A DNA stretch of 64,000 bases from Candidatus Limnocylindria bacterium. GTDB taxonomy: Bacteria; Chloroflexota; Limnocylindria; P2-11E. Below are positions 8,790-18,082 of the stretch, piece after piece; position 1 is the first letter of the stretch; each line of letters starts with the position of its first letter. Below the pieces are notes generated by a model. It did not search any database. It had not been told where the DNA came from and worked only from the letters and a program-made list of their open reading frames with translations. Location: positions 7,240-71,239 of the forward strand of contig DATCOD010000194.1 in assembly GCA_036564905.1 (NCBI GenBank). Reading direction: 5' to 3'. A program made the translations under genes and the position numbers.

Positions 8790-10721
8790 ATGCCTGCGGC
8801 ATGGTCACCGACGGAACGCCACCTGGACCGCAGCCGGCTCCGCCGATTCGCGAACGCGCACGGCCTGACCAGCTACGACGCGCTGCTGTCCTGGGCGACC
8901 GACGACCTCGAGCGCTTCTGGCGTGCGGTCGACCGCGATCTCGGGCTCGTCTGGACCGCGCCCTACTCGGCCGCGCTGGACACCTCGCGGGGCATCCCCT
9001 GGACGACGTGGTGGACCGGCGGCCGGATGAACTACGTCGGAACCGCGCTGCGCTCGGATCGCGACCAGGATCGCGTGGCCGTGATCGCCGAGCGTGAGGA
9101 CGGGCGGGTCGATCGCCGGACCTACGGCGAGCTCCGCGCGGACGTGGCCCACTTCGGCGCGGGTCTGCGGGCCATCGGCGTGCGGAAGGGCGATCGCGTC
9201 GCGGTGTTCCTTCCGATGGGCATCGAGTGCGTCGTCGCCGTCCTCGCGCTCGGCGCGCTCGGCGCGATCTACACGCCGATCTTCTCGGGTTACGGCGCGG
9301 AGGCGATCGCCGGGCGGTTGCGCGACTGCGACGCGTCGGTCGTGATCTGCGCCGACGGGTTCCACCGGCGCGGCGCGATCGTGGCGATGAAGGAGACCGC
9401 CGACCTGGCGGCCGACGGCGCGCCCACGGTGAAGACGGTCGTCGTCGCCGAGCGGCTCGGTCGCGCGTATCCGAAGCGCGATCGCGACGTCACGTGGGCC
9501 GAGGTCGTGCGCCGCGGCAGCGCTCCGCTCGTCGCTTGGGAGGATACGAGCGCCGAGGACCCGTTCATGATCATCTACACCTCGGGCACCTCCGGCCGGC
9601 CGAAGGGCGCGGTCCACGTGCACGGCGGCTTCCCGGTGAAGGCCGCGCAGGACATGGCCCACTGCTTCGACGTGCAGAACGGCGACGTCGTCTTTTGGTT
9701 CACCGACATCGGCTGGATGATGGGCCCCTGGCTCATCGCCGGGGGGCTCATGCTCGGCGCGACGATCGTGCTCTACGACGGAACACCCGACTTCCCCGAT
9801 GAGTCGCGGCTGTGGTCGATGGTGGAACGACACGCGGTGACGCACCTCGGCATCTCGCCGACGGCGATCCGCGGCCTCATGCGCGCGGGCGAAGCGCCGG
9901 TCCGCAGGCACGACCGTTCGAGCCTGTTCGTGCTCGGGAGCACCGGCGAGCCCTGGAACCCCGAGCCGTGGTGGTGGTACTTCCGCACGGTCGGCGAGGC
10001 GCGCTGCCCGATCATCAACTACTCCGGCGGCACGGAGATCTCCGGCGGCATCCTCGGATGCACGACCTGGACGGACATCGAGCCCGGCTCGTTCCGCGGT
10101 CCGGTCCCGGGGATGGCCGCCGACGTCGTCGACGAGCACGGGCATCCGGTGCGGGGCGCGGTCGGCGAGCTCGTCCTGCGCGCCCCGTGGCCGGGGATGA
10201 CTCGTGGGTTCTGGAAGGATCGGGGGCGCTACCTCGAGACGTACTGGTCGCGCTTGACCGACGTATGGGTGCACGGTGACTGGGCGCGCGTCGACGACGA
10301 TGGCTTCTGGTACATCGAAGGGCGCAGCGACGACACGCTGAAGATCGCAGGGAAGCGCGTCGGCCCGGCCGAAGTCGAGTCCGCCGCGGTCGCCAACCCC
10401 GCGGTCGGCGAGGCCGCGGCCATCGGGGTGCCCGACGAGCTGAAAGGCGAGGCCATCGTCGTGTTCGCCGTGGCGAAGCGCGGCGTGATCATCGACGCCA
10501 CGCTGGAGCGGTCGGTCTCGGACACGATCGCCGAGCAGCTCGGGAAGCCGCTCCGGCCGAAGGCCGTGCGGTTCGTGGCGCAGCTCCCGAAGACGCGCAA
10601 CGGGAAGGTCCTCCGCCGGCTCATCCGCGGCGCGTACCTCGGCGTCACGGATCTCGGCGACACGTCAGCGCTCGAGGACCCAGCGGCCCTCGACGCGGTG
10701 CGCGCCGCGGCGCGAAGCTAG
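8790..10721 (+). CDS. AMP-forming acyl-CoA synthetase of the acetyl-/acetoacetyl-/propionyl-CoA synthetase family
   Basis: ACAS_N-like N-terminus (FW...W...YVGTAL). AMP-binding motif 'IIYTSGTSGRPKG'; 'YSGGTEISG'; conserved C-terminal Lys 'KTRNGKVLRR'. Confidence 0.85.
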   Translation: MPAAWSPTERHLDRSRLRRFANAHGLTSYDALLSWATDDLERFWRAVDRDLGLVWTAPYSAALDTSRGIPWTTWWTGGRMNYVGTALRSDRDQDRVAVIAEREDGRVDRRTYGELRADVAHFGAGLRAIGVRKGDRVAVFLPMGIECVVAVLALGALGAIYTPIFSGYGAEAIAGRLRDCDASVVICADGFHRRGAIVAMKETADLAADGAPTVKTVVVAERLGRAYPKRDRDVTWAEVVRRGSAPLVAWEDTSAEDPFMIIYTSGTSGRPKGAVHVHGGFPVKAAQDMAHCFDVQNGDVVFWFTDIGWMMGPWLIAGGLMLGATIVLYDGTPDFPDESRLWSMVERHAVTHLGISPTAIRGLMRAGEAPVRRHDRSSLFVLGSTGEPWNPEPWWWYFRTVGEARCPIINYSGGTEISGGILGCTTWTDIEPGSFRGPVPGMAADVVDEHGHPVRGAVGELVLRAPWPGMTRGFWKDRGRYLETYWSRLTDVWVHGDWARVDDDGFWYIEGRSDDTLKIAGKRVGPAEVESAAVANPAVGEAAAIGVPDELKGEAIVVFAVAKRGVIIDATLERSVSDTIAEQLGKPLRPKAVRFVAQLPKTRNGKVLRRLIRGAYLGVTDLGDTSALEDPAALDAVRAAARS

Positions 10722-10726
10722 AGGAG

Positions 10727-11161
10727 CTAGACCGGGGTCCGGTTGTTCGCGATCGCCCGTACCAATCCGACAACGAGCGCAGCGATGAGCAGCAGGGCCA
10801 CGATGGCGAGGACCGCCGGCAGGTCGAACACCACGGGTGTGTCCGTTCGCGGCCAGATCCCCTGGAACGGCCTGACGAGCGGCTCCGTGATCGCGTACAG
10901 CGCGGCGACGAGGGCCTGCTGCGGATTCGCGCCAAAGAGCTTGAGCGCGAAGCGGATGAGCAGCACGACCTCGAGGACCGTGAACACGAGCGTGATGACG
11001 CGCGTGGCGGTCCACACCGGGGCATATGGGCTCGTGCCGACGTTCGCCTGGCCCGTCGGTGGGACGGACTCGGACTCGCGGGTGCGCTCGACATGGTGTG
11101 CGATCACAGGCCTGTCGATGACCTCGGTCTCGTTGGTGTCTGGTTCGTGTGTCGTACTCAT
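10727..11161 (-). CDS. YggT-family small membrane protein
   Basis: 'ALKLFGANPQQALVAALYAITEPLVRPFQ' resembles the YGGT repeat. Hydrophobic C-terminus. Confidence 0.5.
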   Translation of the reverse strand: MSTTHEPDTNETEVIDRPVIAHHVERTRESESVPPTGQANVGTSPYAPVWTATRVITLVFTVLEVVLLIRFALKLFGANPQQALVAALYAITEPLVRPFQGIWPRTDTPVVFDLPAVLAIVALLLIAALVVGLVRAIANNRTPV

Positions 11162-11207
11162 GCCGGGAGAACGAGCAGGGCGCATGCCAAGCGGCTAGCC
11201 TCGCGAG

Positions 11208-11639
11208 ATGGCCATGACGACGGGCGAATACCCGTTCGCGCACCGCCAGCGCGTGCGGTTCGGCGAGACGGACCTGCAGGCGGTCGTCTACTACGCGAAC
11301 TACCTGCTCTTCGCGGAGGTCGGGCGGATCGCGTACCTGCGCGACCTCGGCATCGACTACAAGCGCGATCTGCTCGAGCACGGCGTCGACTTCACGATCG
11401 GCGAGGCGAGCGTGCGCTACCAGGCACCCCTCCGATTCGACGATGAGTACGACATCCGCGTCCGGGTGGGGGAGATCCGAAACTCATCCTGGGTCTTCGA
11501 GTACGCGTTCGACCGCGCCGACGGGCTGCGCTGCGCGGTCGGATCCACGGTGCAGGTGATCCTCGACCACGCGAGCGGCAAGGCCGCGCGCATCCCGCAG
11601 CACCTGCGCGACGTCCTCGAGCGCGCGAAGACCGCCTGA
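11208..11639 (+). CDS. Acyl-CoA thioesterase, 4HBT/YbgC-like hotdog fold
   Basis: 'RVRFGETDLQAVVYYANYLLFAEVGRIAYLRDLG' is the YbgC/4HBT signature, with Asp in the ETD motif. Confidence 0.8.
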   Translation: MAMTTGEYPFAHRQRVRFGETDLQAVVYYANYLLFAEVGRIAYLRDLGIDYKRDLLEHGVDFTIGEASVRYQAPLRFDDEYDIRVRVGEIRNSSWVFEYAFDRADGLRCAVGSTVQVILDHASGKAARIPQHLRDVLERAKTA

Positions 11640-12784
11640 TGGACCCGACCCTTCCGGAGGAGCTGCGGCTGCTGCAGCAGAGCATCCGCGCGTTCGTCGA
11701 GGAGCGGCTCGTGCCGCGGGCCGACGAGATCGAGAAGAGCGATCGCATCCCGCGCGACGTCATCGACGCGATGGCCGCGATGGGCCTCTTCGGGATCGGG
11801 TTCCGCGAGTCGGTCGGTGGCCAGGGTTTCGGGAAGCTCGGGTACTGCATCGCGGTCGAGCAGCTCGCGCGGGCGAACGCGTCGCTGTGGAACGTGATCG
11901 GTGGGTCGGCCGGGCTGTGCGGGACGGCGATCGATGTCGGCGGTCCGGACGACCTGCGCGAGCGGTATCTGCCGGATCTGCTCTCCGCCAAGCGCATCGG
12001 GGCGTACGGACTGTCCGAGCCCGGCGCGGGCAGCGACGCCGGCAGCCTGCACACGAGCGCCCGCCGCGACCGCGACACCTACGTCATCGACGGGGCCAAG
12101 ACGTTCATCACCAACGCGCCGATCGCCGACGTGTTCACGATCTTCGCGACGGTCGACCATGCGGCCGGATCGAAGGGCATCACCGCGTTCGTCGTCGAGC
12201 GCGGCACGCCGGGCCTCGAGGTCGGGCCGAACGACGACAAGATGGGCCTGCACGGATCGACGACCGCCCAGCTCTTCTTCAGCGATCTCCGTGTGCCGGC
12301 GTCGCAACGCATCGGCGCGGAAGGCGAGGGCTTCAAGATCGCGCTCCGCACGCTCGACCTCGGGCGGCTCGGCCTCGCGGCGCACGCGGTCGGCGCGGCC
12401 CAGCGGCTCCTCGAGGCGTCGGTGGCGCACGCGAAGGCGCGCGTGCAGTTCGGGAAGCCGATCGCGGTCCACCAGGCGATCCAGTGGATGCTCGCCGACG
12501 CGGCGACCGAGATCCACGCCGCTCGGCTCATGGTCCACGACGCGGCGTCGCGCGCGGACCGGGGGGAACGCGTTACCGATCGGGCGGCGATGACGAAGCT
12601 GTTCGCGACCGAGCTCCTCGGCCGGGTGGCGGATGCCGCCGTCCAGATCCACGGCGGGATGGGCTACATGCGCGAGCTGTGGATCGAGCGGGCCTATCGG
12701 GATGCGCGCATCTACCGGATCTACGAGGGGACGAGCGAGATCCAGCGGGTCGTGATCGCGGCCGGCCTGCTTGCGGATGGCTGA
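11639..12784 (+). CDS. Acyl-CoA dehydrogenase
   Basis: 'YGLSEPGAGSDAGSL', 'KTFITNA', 'QIHGGMGYMRE', 'YRDARIYRIYEGTSEIQR' are ACAD motifs. ATGA overlap with the upstream thioesterase. Confidence 0.9.
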   Translation: MDPTLPEELRLLQQSIRAFVEERLVPRADEIEKSDRIPRDVIDAMAAMGLFGIGFRESVGGQGFGKLGYCIAVEQLARANASLWNVIGGSAGLCGTAIDVGGPDDLRERYLPDLLSAKRIGAYGLSEPGAGSDAGSLHTSARRDRDTYVIDGAKTFITNAPIADVFTIFATVDHAAGSKGITAFVVERGTPGLEVGPNDDKMGLHGSTTAQLFFSDLRVPASQRIGAEGEGFKIALRTLDLGRLGLAAHAVGAAQRLLEASVAHAKARVQFGKPIAVHQAIQWMLADAATEIHAARLMVHDAASRADRGERVTDRAAMTKLFATELLGRVADAAVQIHGGMGYMRELWIERAYRDARIYRIYEGTSEIQRVVIAAGLLADG

Positions 12785-12907
12785 GCGTTGGACGCGTTGC
12801 GAACAGGATCGCCGTTCGAACGTCGGGTGCCGCGGGCCGTCCGGTGTGGATAACCACCCGATTCCGGTGGATAAAGCCCCTCTAGGACCCCAAACGAGCC
12901 CTTTCCT

Positions 12908-13822
12908 GTGGAAAAGCCAGCCGTGCTGAAAGCGTCCACGCCGGGCGGACATCCCGTCATTCGGGCGGTCTGGCTGACCGGGTTCCTCCTCGTGCTGGCC
13001 GCCGTCGGGCTGCGACTCGTCGGCTCGTTCGCGTCCCCGATCATCGCGCTCGTCGCCGCCGGATGGTTCCTCGCGGGCCTCGCCGCGTACCTCGTCCGGC
13101 ACGCGCGCTTCCTCGCGACGCTGTCGAGTGGGGAGCGCGCGCTGCGCGCCGGGGACCTCGCGACCGCGCGCGCGATCGTCGCGCCGCTCGTCGACCGCTA
13201 CCCGGCCTTTGCGCCGGTCCAGCGGCTCGCCGGGCTGGTCCTCTACCCGAGCGGCGACCCGCTCTCGGCCGCGACGCTCCTCGAGGCCGCGGGGAAGCAC
13301 GCCCACGACCGCGATCTCGTCGTCACGCTCGTCGCCGCGTACGCCGCGCTCAACAAGGCCGGGGATGCGCGCCGCTCGGCGGCGCTCCGGCCGAACGACC
13401 CGGACGTCCGGCTGGCGCTCGCCTGGGCGGAGCTCGTCGCGCTCGGCGGCGACCGCACACGCGGCGCGGCGCTCGCCGCCGCGCTGCCCGTGGACTCACC
13501 GGCCCGTGCCGCCATGGCCGCGACCCTGCAGGCGATCGCCGCCGCGCACCGCCGCGATGCGGACGCGGTCCGCGCCCGGCTACGTGACGCGGAGGATCGC
13601 TACGTCCTGCTGGCCGAAGACGAGCGGGCGTTCCTCGGCTATCTCGGTGGAGTCGCGCTCCGCGAGCTCGGCGCCTCCGACGACGCGCGAACGACGTTCA
13701 CGCTCGCGATGGAAGCGGCACCGGAGTCGATCGGCGAGGCGCTCGCGCGCCGTGAGCGGGCTCACTTACCGTCGGGCTCGGGCTCTCCTTCGTCCTCATC
13801 GGTCCAACCTTCGGCGGACTGA
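12908..13822 (+). CDS. Hypothetical membrane-anchored Ala-rich (TPR-like) protein
   Basis: Two N-terminal hydrophobic helices followed by Ala/Arg/Leu-rich helical repeats. No recognisable catalytic motif. Confidence 0.35.
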   Translation: MEKPAVLKASTPGGHPVIRAVWLTGFLLVLAAVGLRLVGSFASPIIALVAAGWFLAGLAAYLVRHARFLATLSSGERALRAGDLATARAIVAPLVDRYPAFAPVQRLAGLVLYPSGDPLSAATLLEAAGKHAHDRDLVVTLVAAYAALNKAGDARRSAALRPNDPDVRLALAWAELVALGGDRTRGAALAAALPVDSPARAAMAATLQAIAAAHRRDADAVRARLRDAEDRYVLLAEDERAFLGYLGGVALRELGASDDARTTFTLAMEAAPESIGEALARRERAHLPSGSGSPSSSSVQPSAD

Positions 13823-14075
13823 AGGTCGTCGGCGAACAGCTCGACGTCGAATCCGAGCCCGTCGATGACCGCGACGAGACCGTTGCGCTGCTCAGGCGGC
13901 GTCGTGCGGATCCAGCCCCGGACCACATCGTCGACGACCACCTCGTCGCCCGCGCGGTCGGACGCCACGAGCTCGCTCTCGTCGCGCGCGGCGGCCGTCG
14001 CGAGCTCGCGCAGCGTCGCGGGGACCATGTCGGCGAGCGCCCGCAGCGTCCGCTCGGCGTTGCCATCCCAGCGCA
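13762..14075 (-). CDS. Small hypothetical protein (104 aa) with acidic C-terminal tail, translationally coupled downstream of the acyl-CoA dehydrogenase
   Basis: ATG at 14075 lies 3 nt past the ACAD stop (14079-14081). The rest of the long ORF is an off-frame artefact. Confidence 0.4.
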
Positions 14076-14078
14076 TGG

Positions 14079-15251
14079 TCACGAAATGGCGTCGATGCCG
14101 GTCGCGAAACGGCTGATGATGAGCTTCTGGATCTGGCTCGTGCCCTCGTAGAGGCGGTTGACCCGAGCATCGCGCCAGTACCGCTCGACCGGGAACTCGT
14201 CCGAGAAGCCGTAGCCGCCATGGATCTGGATCGCGCCGTCGGCGGCTCGCTGCGCCGCCTCGGTCGCGTAGAGCTTCGCGATGCTCGTCTCGCGCGTGTT
14301 CGGCCGGCCCTTGTCCTTGAGGTCGCCGGCGCGCCAGACCAGGAGGCGCGCCGCCTCGGTCTCCACGACCATGTCCGCGATCAGCTCGGCGACGAGCTGA
14401 TGACCCGCGATCGGCTTTCCGAATGTCTTCCGCTGCGTCGAATACGTGACCGAGGCGTCGATGCAGGCCTGCGCCACGCCGACGGCCCCGGCCGCGACGG
14501 AGTAGCGCCCGGAGTCGAGCGCGCTCATCGCGATCTTGAAGCCGTCGCCGATCTCGCCCAGGCGGTTCGCGTCGGGCACGCGGACGTCGTCGAAGATGAG
14601 CTCCGACGAATCGCTCGAGCGCAGCCCGAGCTTCCCGTGGATGCCCTGGCTCCCGTACCGCTGCTTCTCGCGATCGAGGAGGAACGCGACGATCCCCTTG
14701 TGCCCCAGCGCCGGGTCGGTCTGCGCGAACACGAGGGCCAGCCCGCTCACGCTGCCATTGCTGATCCACATCTTCCGGCCGCGCAGGATCCAGTCAGAGC
14801 CATCGCGCTTCGCGCTCGTGCGCAGCTTCGTGGCGTCGCTGCCGACCTCGGGTTCGGTGAGGCCGAAGCAGCCGATGATCGCCCCGCTGCACAACGCCGG
14901 CAGGTACTGCCTCTTCTGCGCCTCGGTGCCCCACTTGAGGATCGTGAGCTCGACGAGCGAGATCTGGACCGACAGCGTCGTCCGGACGGACGAGTCCGCG
15001 CGGCCGATCTCCTCGGTCACGAGCGCGTGCGAGATGTAGTCGAGACCGTGACCGCCGTACGCCTCGGGGACCGGGCCGCCGAGCAGCCCGAGGGGGCCCA
15101 TCTTCTTCAGGACGTCGGCCGGGAACGTCTCGGTCCTGTCGCGCTCGCGGGCGCCGGGCGCGATCTCCCGGTCGGCGAAATCGCGCGCAAGCGCGCGGAT
15201 CGCGTCCTGTTCCGGGGAGAGGTCGTAGTCCACTGCGCCGAGTCTAGGCAA
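14079..15251 (-). CDS. Acyl-CoA dehydrogenase (glutaryl-/short-chain-like)
   Basis: 'FGLTEPEVGSDA', 'KMWISNG', 'QIHGGYGFSDEFPVERYWRDARVNRLYEGTSQIQ'. Confidence 0.9.
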   Translation of the reverse strand: MPRLGAVDYDLSPEQDAIRALARDFADREIAPGARERDRTETFPADVLKKMGPLGLLGGPVPEAYGGHGLDYISHALVTEEIGRADSSVRTTLSVQISLVELTILKWGTEAQKRQYLPALCSGAIIGCFGLTEPEVGSDATKLRTSAKRDGSDWILRGRKMWISNGSVSGLALVFAQTDPALGHKGIVAFLLDREKQRYGSQGIHGKLGLRSSDSSELIFDDVRVPDANRLGEIGDGFKIAMSALDSGRYSVAAGAVGVAQACIDASVTYSTQRKTFGKPIAGHQLVAELIADMVVETEAARLLVWRAGDLKDKGRPNTRETSIAKLYATEAAQRAADGAIQIHGGYGFSDEFPVERYWRDARVNRLYEGTSQIQKLIISRFATGIDAIS

Positions 15252-15356
15252 CGCCTCGTGTCCGAGTCGTTACCGGGCTGGGCCGGATGGCCCACGGTGA
15301 TGGTGCGGAACGGCCCTAGTCCGGCCGGTCCCGAGCGCTGACACTGGTCGGAAACC

Positions 15357-16448
15357 ATGCGCCAGCTGGAAATGCCGCTCGTCCTTGTCCTCGAGCCGGA
15401 CCAGACGCTCGCCGACCCGATCGGCGTCGCATTGCGCGGCGCCGGCCTCCAGGTGGTGTCGTGCCGTCATGCGGTCGACGCGGTCGCCGCGGTCTCGTTC
15501 CACCGTCCGAGCGTCGTCGTCATCGACGTCGGCGCAGACGACGGACACGGCTGGGATGTGCTCGTCGCGGCCCGCGACCACGGTCAGCTGCCGACCGTCG
15601 CGCTCGACCGTGAGGACGATCCGGCGACCCGGCGCGCCGCGTACGCCGCGGGTGCCGACGATGTCCTTGCCGCACGAGTGGATCCCGTGGACCTCGCGGC
15701 GCGCGTGGTCGCGCTCGCGCGGCGCGCTCGCCCGGAGTCGCGGGGCGGCGTGATCCACCGGCACCACGATCTGGTCATGGATGTCGCGGCGCACGAGGTC
15801 ACGCTCGCGGGGAAGCCGATCGCGTTCACGGCGCAGCAGTTCGCGATCCTGCGCGCGCTCCTCGAGGCAGGCGGCGCGACGTTGGGCCGCGAACAGCTCG
15901 TCAGCCGGACCGGGGCGCTCGACGACGAGCCGCCATCGGACCGGGCCATCGACCTGCACGTCACCCGGTTGCGCCGCCGGCTCGGCGACGACCCACGCGC
16001 GCCGCGGTACATCGAAGCCGTATACGGCGTCGGGTATCGGCTGGCGCATGGCACCGGCGGGGTCCAGCAGCAGCTGGGCGCCGACGCATCCGTGCTACTC
16101 GACGCGCTCCCGGACGCGGTCCTCGTGCTCGACCGCGCCCTCACCATCCGCTTCGCGAACCGCACCGCCGAGCTCCTCCTCGGCCTGCCGCGCGCGTCGC
16201 TCGCCGGCCAGCGCTGCGGCGCGATCCTCGCCTGCACGTCCTGCGGCGGCCTGCCGCTCGACGGGCCTCGCTGTATCGGTCGGGCGGCGCTCGGTGGCCT
16301 CGCACAGGTGCACGACGCGCCGGCGATCATGCGCGGTCCCGACGGTCCCCTGCCGGTCAGCCTGTCGTACGGACAGCTCGGGCTCGGCAAGGGCGACGCG
16401 CTGCTCACCTTGACCATCCGCCCGCGTTCGGCCGCGCCCGCGCCCTGA
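15357..16448 (+). CDS. Atypical response regulator: REC-like domain + OmpR/PhoB winged-helix DNA-binding domain + C-terminal PAS domain
   Basis: REC-like 'LVLVLEPDQ...VVVIDVGADDGHG'; wHTH 'FTAQQFAILRALLEAGGATLGREQLV...IEAVYGVGYRL'; PAS-like 'LLDALPDAVLVLDRALTIRFANRTAELLLG'. Confidence 0.7.
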   Translation: MRQLEMPLVLVLEPDQTLADPIGVALRGAGLQVVSCRHAVDAVAAVSFHRPSVVVIDVGADDGHGWDVLVAARDHGQLPTVALDREDDPATRRAAYAAGADDVLAARVDPVDLAARVVALARRARPESRGGVIHRHHDLVMDVAAHEVTLAGKPIAFTAQQFAILRALLEAGGATLGREQLVSRTGALDDEPPSDRAIDLHVTRLRRRLGDDPRAPRYIEAVYGVGYRLAHGTGGVQQQLGADASVLLDALPDAVLVLDRALTIRFANRTAELLLGLPRASLAGQRCGAILACTSCGGLPLDGPRCIGRAALGGLAQVHDAPAIMRGPDGPLPVSLSYGQLGLGKGDALLTLTIRPRSAAPAP

Positions 16449-16449
16449 C

Positions 16450-16468
16450 TCGGACACAGGTCGGACAC
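16450..16468. promoter_or_regulatory. Tandem direct repeat TCGGACAC-N3-TCGGACAC (11-bp periodicity) between the regulator gene and the GNAT/Bcr-like operon; candidate OmpR-type operator
   Basis: Read directly: 'tcggacac agg tcggacac' at 16450-16468, 23 nt upstream of the GNAT ATG. Confidence 0.35.
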
Positions 16469-16490
16469 GATCGGGCAGTAGCTTCGGCCC

Positions 16491-16922
16491 ATGGTCATCA
16501 CCGCGGCCGGACCGGCCATTCGCGATCTCCGCCCAACGGACATCGCCGCACTCGTCTCGCTCGGGGACGCGCTCGGCGCGGGCGAGCCCGCCCAGGTCTG
16601 GCGCCGGCGCCTGGGCGACCGTGCGATCGTGGCGATCGGCGCCGAGCAGGATGGACGGATCGTCGGCTACGCCGCCGGCAGCGTGCGCACCGCCTTCGGT
16701 CTCGAGACCGGCGGTTGGGTCGAGACCTTCGCCGTCGCGAATGCGTGGCGCGGCCGCGGGCTCGGCCGGACTCTCGCGAGCGAGCTCCTCGCGCGCTTCC
16801 GCGCCACCGGCGCGCAGCACGTCTACACGATCGTCCCGGTCCACGACCTCGCGCTGCTGCCGTTCTTCCGCGATCTCGGCTTCCGCGACCTGCCCGTGAC
16901 GGCGCTCGGACGGACGCTGTGA
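16491..16922 (+). CDS. GNAT family N-acetyltransferase
   Basis: 'FAVANAWRGRGLGRTLASELL' is the GNAT motif A (R/Q-x-x-G-x-G/A). GTGA overlap with the downstream gene. Confidence 0.75.
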   Translation: MVITAAGPAIRDLRPTDIAALVSLGDALGAGEPAQVWRRRLGDRAIVAIGAEQDGRIVGYAAGSVRTAFGLETGGWVETFAVANAWRGRGLGRTLASELLARFRATGAQHVYTIVPVHDLALLPFFRDLGFRDLPVTALGRTL

Positions 16923-18082
16923 CCCTGACGCTGGACACCACGTTCCCGGCCGCTCGGTACCGCGACGTCGTCGAGGACCGGGACTTCCCGACCGTTCGCG
17001 ACTACGCGCGACGGACCGGTCGGTCCGCCGCCGGCTGCTACCCGGTGTACGGGCCGGTCGAGCTCGTGCGCGCCGCGGGACTCCTGCCGGTCGGTCTTTT
17101 CGGCGGCGGGAACCGCATCGAGATCGCGCATGCGGACTCCCGTTTCCAGTCGTTCATCTGCTCGATCGTGAAGAGCACGATGGAGCTCGGCTTCCAGGAG
17201 AAGCTCGGGCCGTTCAAGGCCCTGCTCTTCGAGTCGATCTGCGATCCCGCGCGGAACCTCGCCAGCATCATGTCGCGCAACTTCGCCGACCAGAAGTCGG
17301 TGTACGTCCACCTCCCGCAGAACATGACGTCGCCGGCGGCGGTCGACTACCTCGTGTCGGAGTACCGGCGCGTCCTCGCCGAGCTCTGCCTGGTGACGGG
17401 CACGACCGTCACCGACGACGATCTCCGCGAGAACCTCCGTTCGTACAACGCCATGCGGGCCGCGCTCCGCGAGCTCTACGCGTTCCGAGCGCGCCGCCCC
17501 GAATCGCTCCTCACGGGCGAGCTCTACACGCTCACCCGGCTTGCGACGTTGATGGATCCCGACGAGGTCACGCCGATCCTCCGCGAGTCGCTGGCGGCGG
17601 CGAACGAGCGCCAGGACCGGCCGAAGGACCGCATCCGGGTCGTGCTCATCGGCGCGTTCTGCGAGCAGCCACCACTCGAGCTCGTCGAGAGCATCGAGGA
17701 GTCCGGCTGCTACATCGTCGACGATGACTTCATGCTCGGATGGCGGTTGTTCCGCCGCGACGTGCCGCTGGACGGCGATCCGCTCGTCGCGCTCGCGCGG
17801 GCCTACCTCGATGACAGCGTGCACCTGAGCACGAAGCACGACCTCCGCGCGCCGCGCGCGAAGGCGATCGTGGACTCGGTGCGGTCCATGAAGGCCGACG
17901 CCGCGATCTGCCTCATCGCGAAGTTCTGCGAGCCAGGGCTCTTCGACTACGCGCTCTATCGCAAGGCGTTCGACGAGAACGCGATCCCGCATCTCTACCT
18001 CGAGTTCGAAGAGAAGATGTGGCTCTACGAAAAGATCAGAACGGAGGTCGAGACCTTCGTGGAATCGATGCTCTTCCGATGA
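16919..18082 (+). CDS. Bcr/Hgd-like enzyme, HGD-D-type subunit 1 (homologous to benzoyl-CoA reductase BcrB/BadE and 2-hydroxyacyl-CoA dehydratase HgdB)
   Basis: 387-aa product with HGD-D family features (conserved Cys; '...FICSIVKSTMELG...ICDPARN...CLIAKFCEPG'). GTG start overlaps the GNAT stop. Confidence 0.75.
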   Translation: MTLTLDTTFPAARYRDVVEDRDFPTVRDYARRTGRSAAGCYPVYGPVELVRAAGLLPVGLFGGGNRIEIAHADSRFQSFICSIVKSTMELGFQEKLGPFKALLFESICDPARNLASIMSRNFADQKSVYVHLPQNMTSPAAVDYLVSEYRRVLAELCLVTGTTVTDDDLRENLRSYNAMRAALRELYAFRARRPESLLTGELYTLTRLATLMDPDEVTPILRESLAAANERQDRPKDRIRVVLIGAFCEQPPLELVESIEESGCYIVDDDFMLGWRLFRRDVPLDGDPLVALARAYLDDSVHLSTKHDLRAPRAKAIVDSVRSMKADAAICLIAKFCEPGLFDYALYRKAFDENAIPHLYLEFEEKMWLYEKIRTEVETFVESMLFR

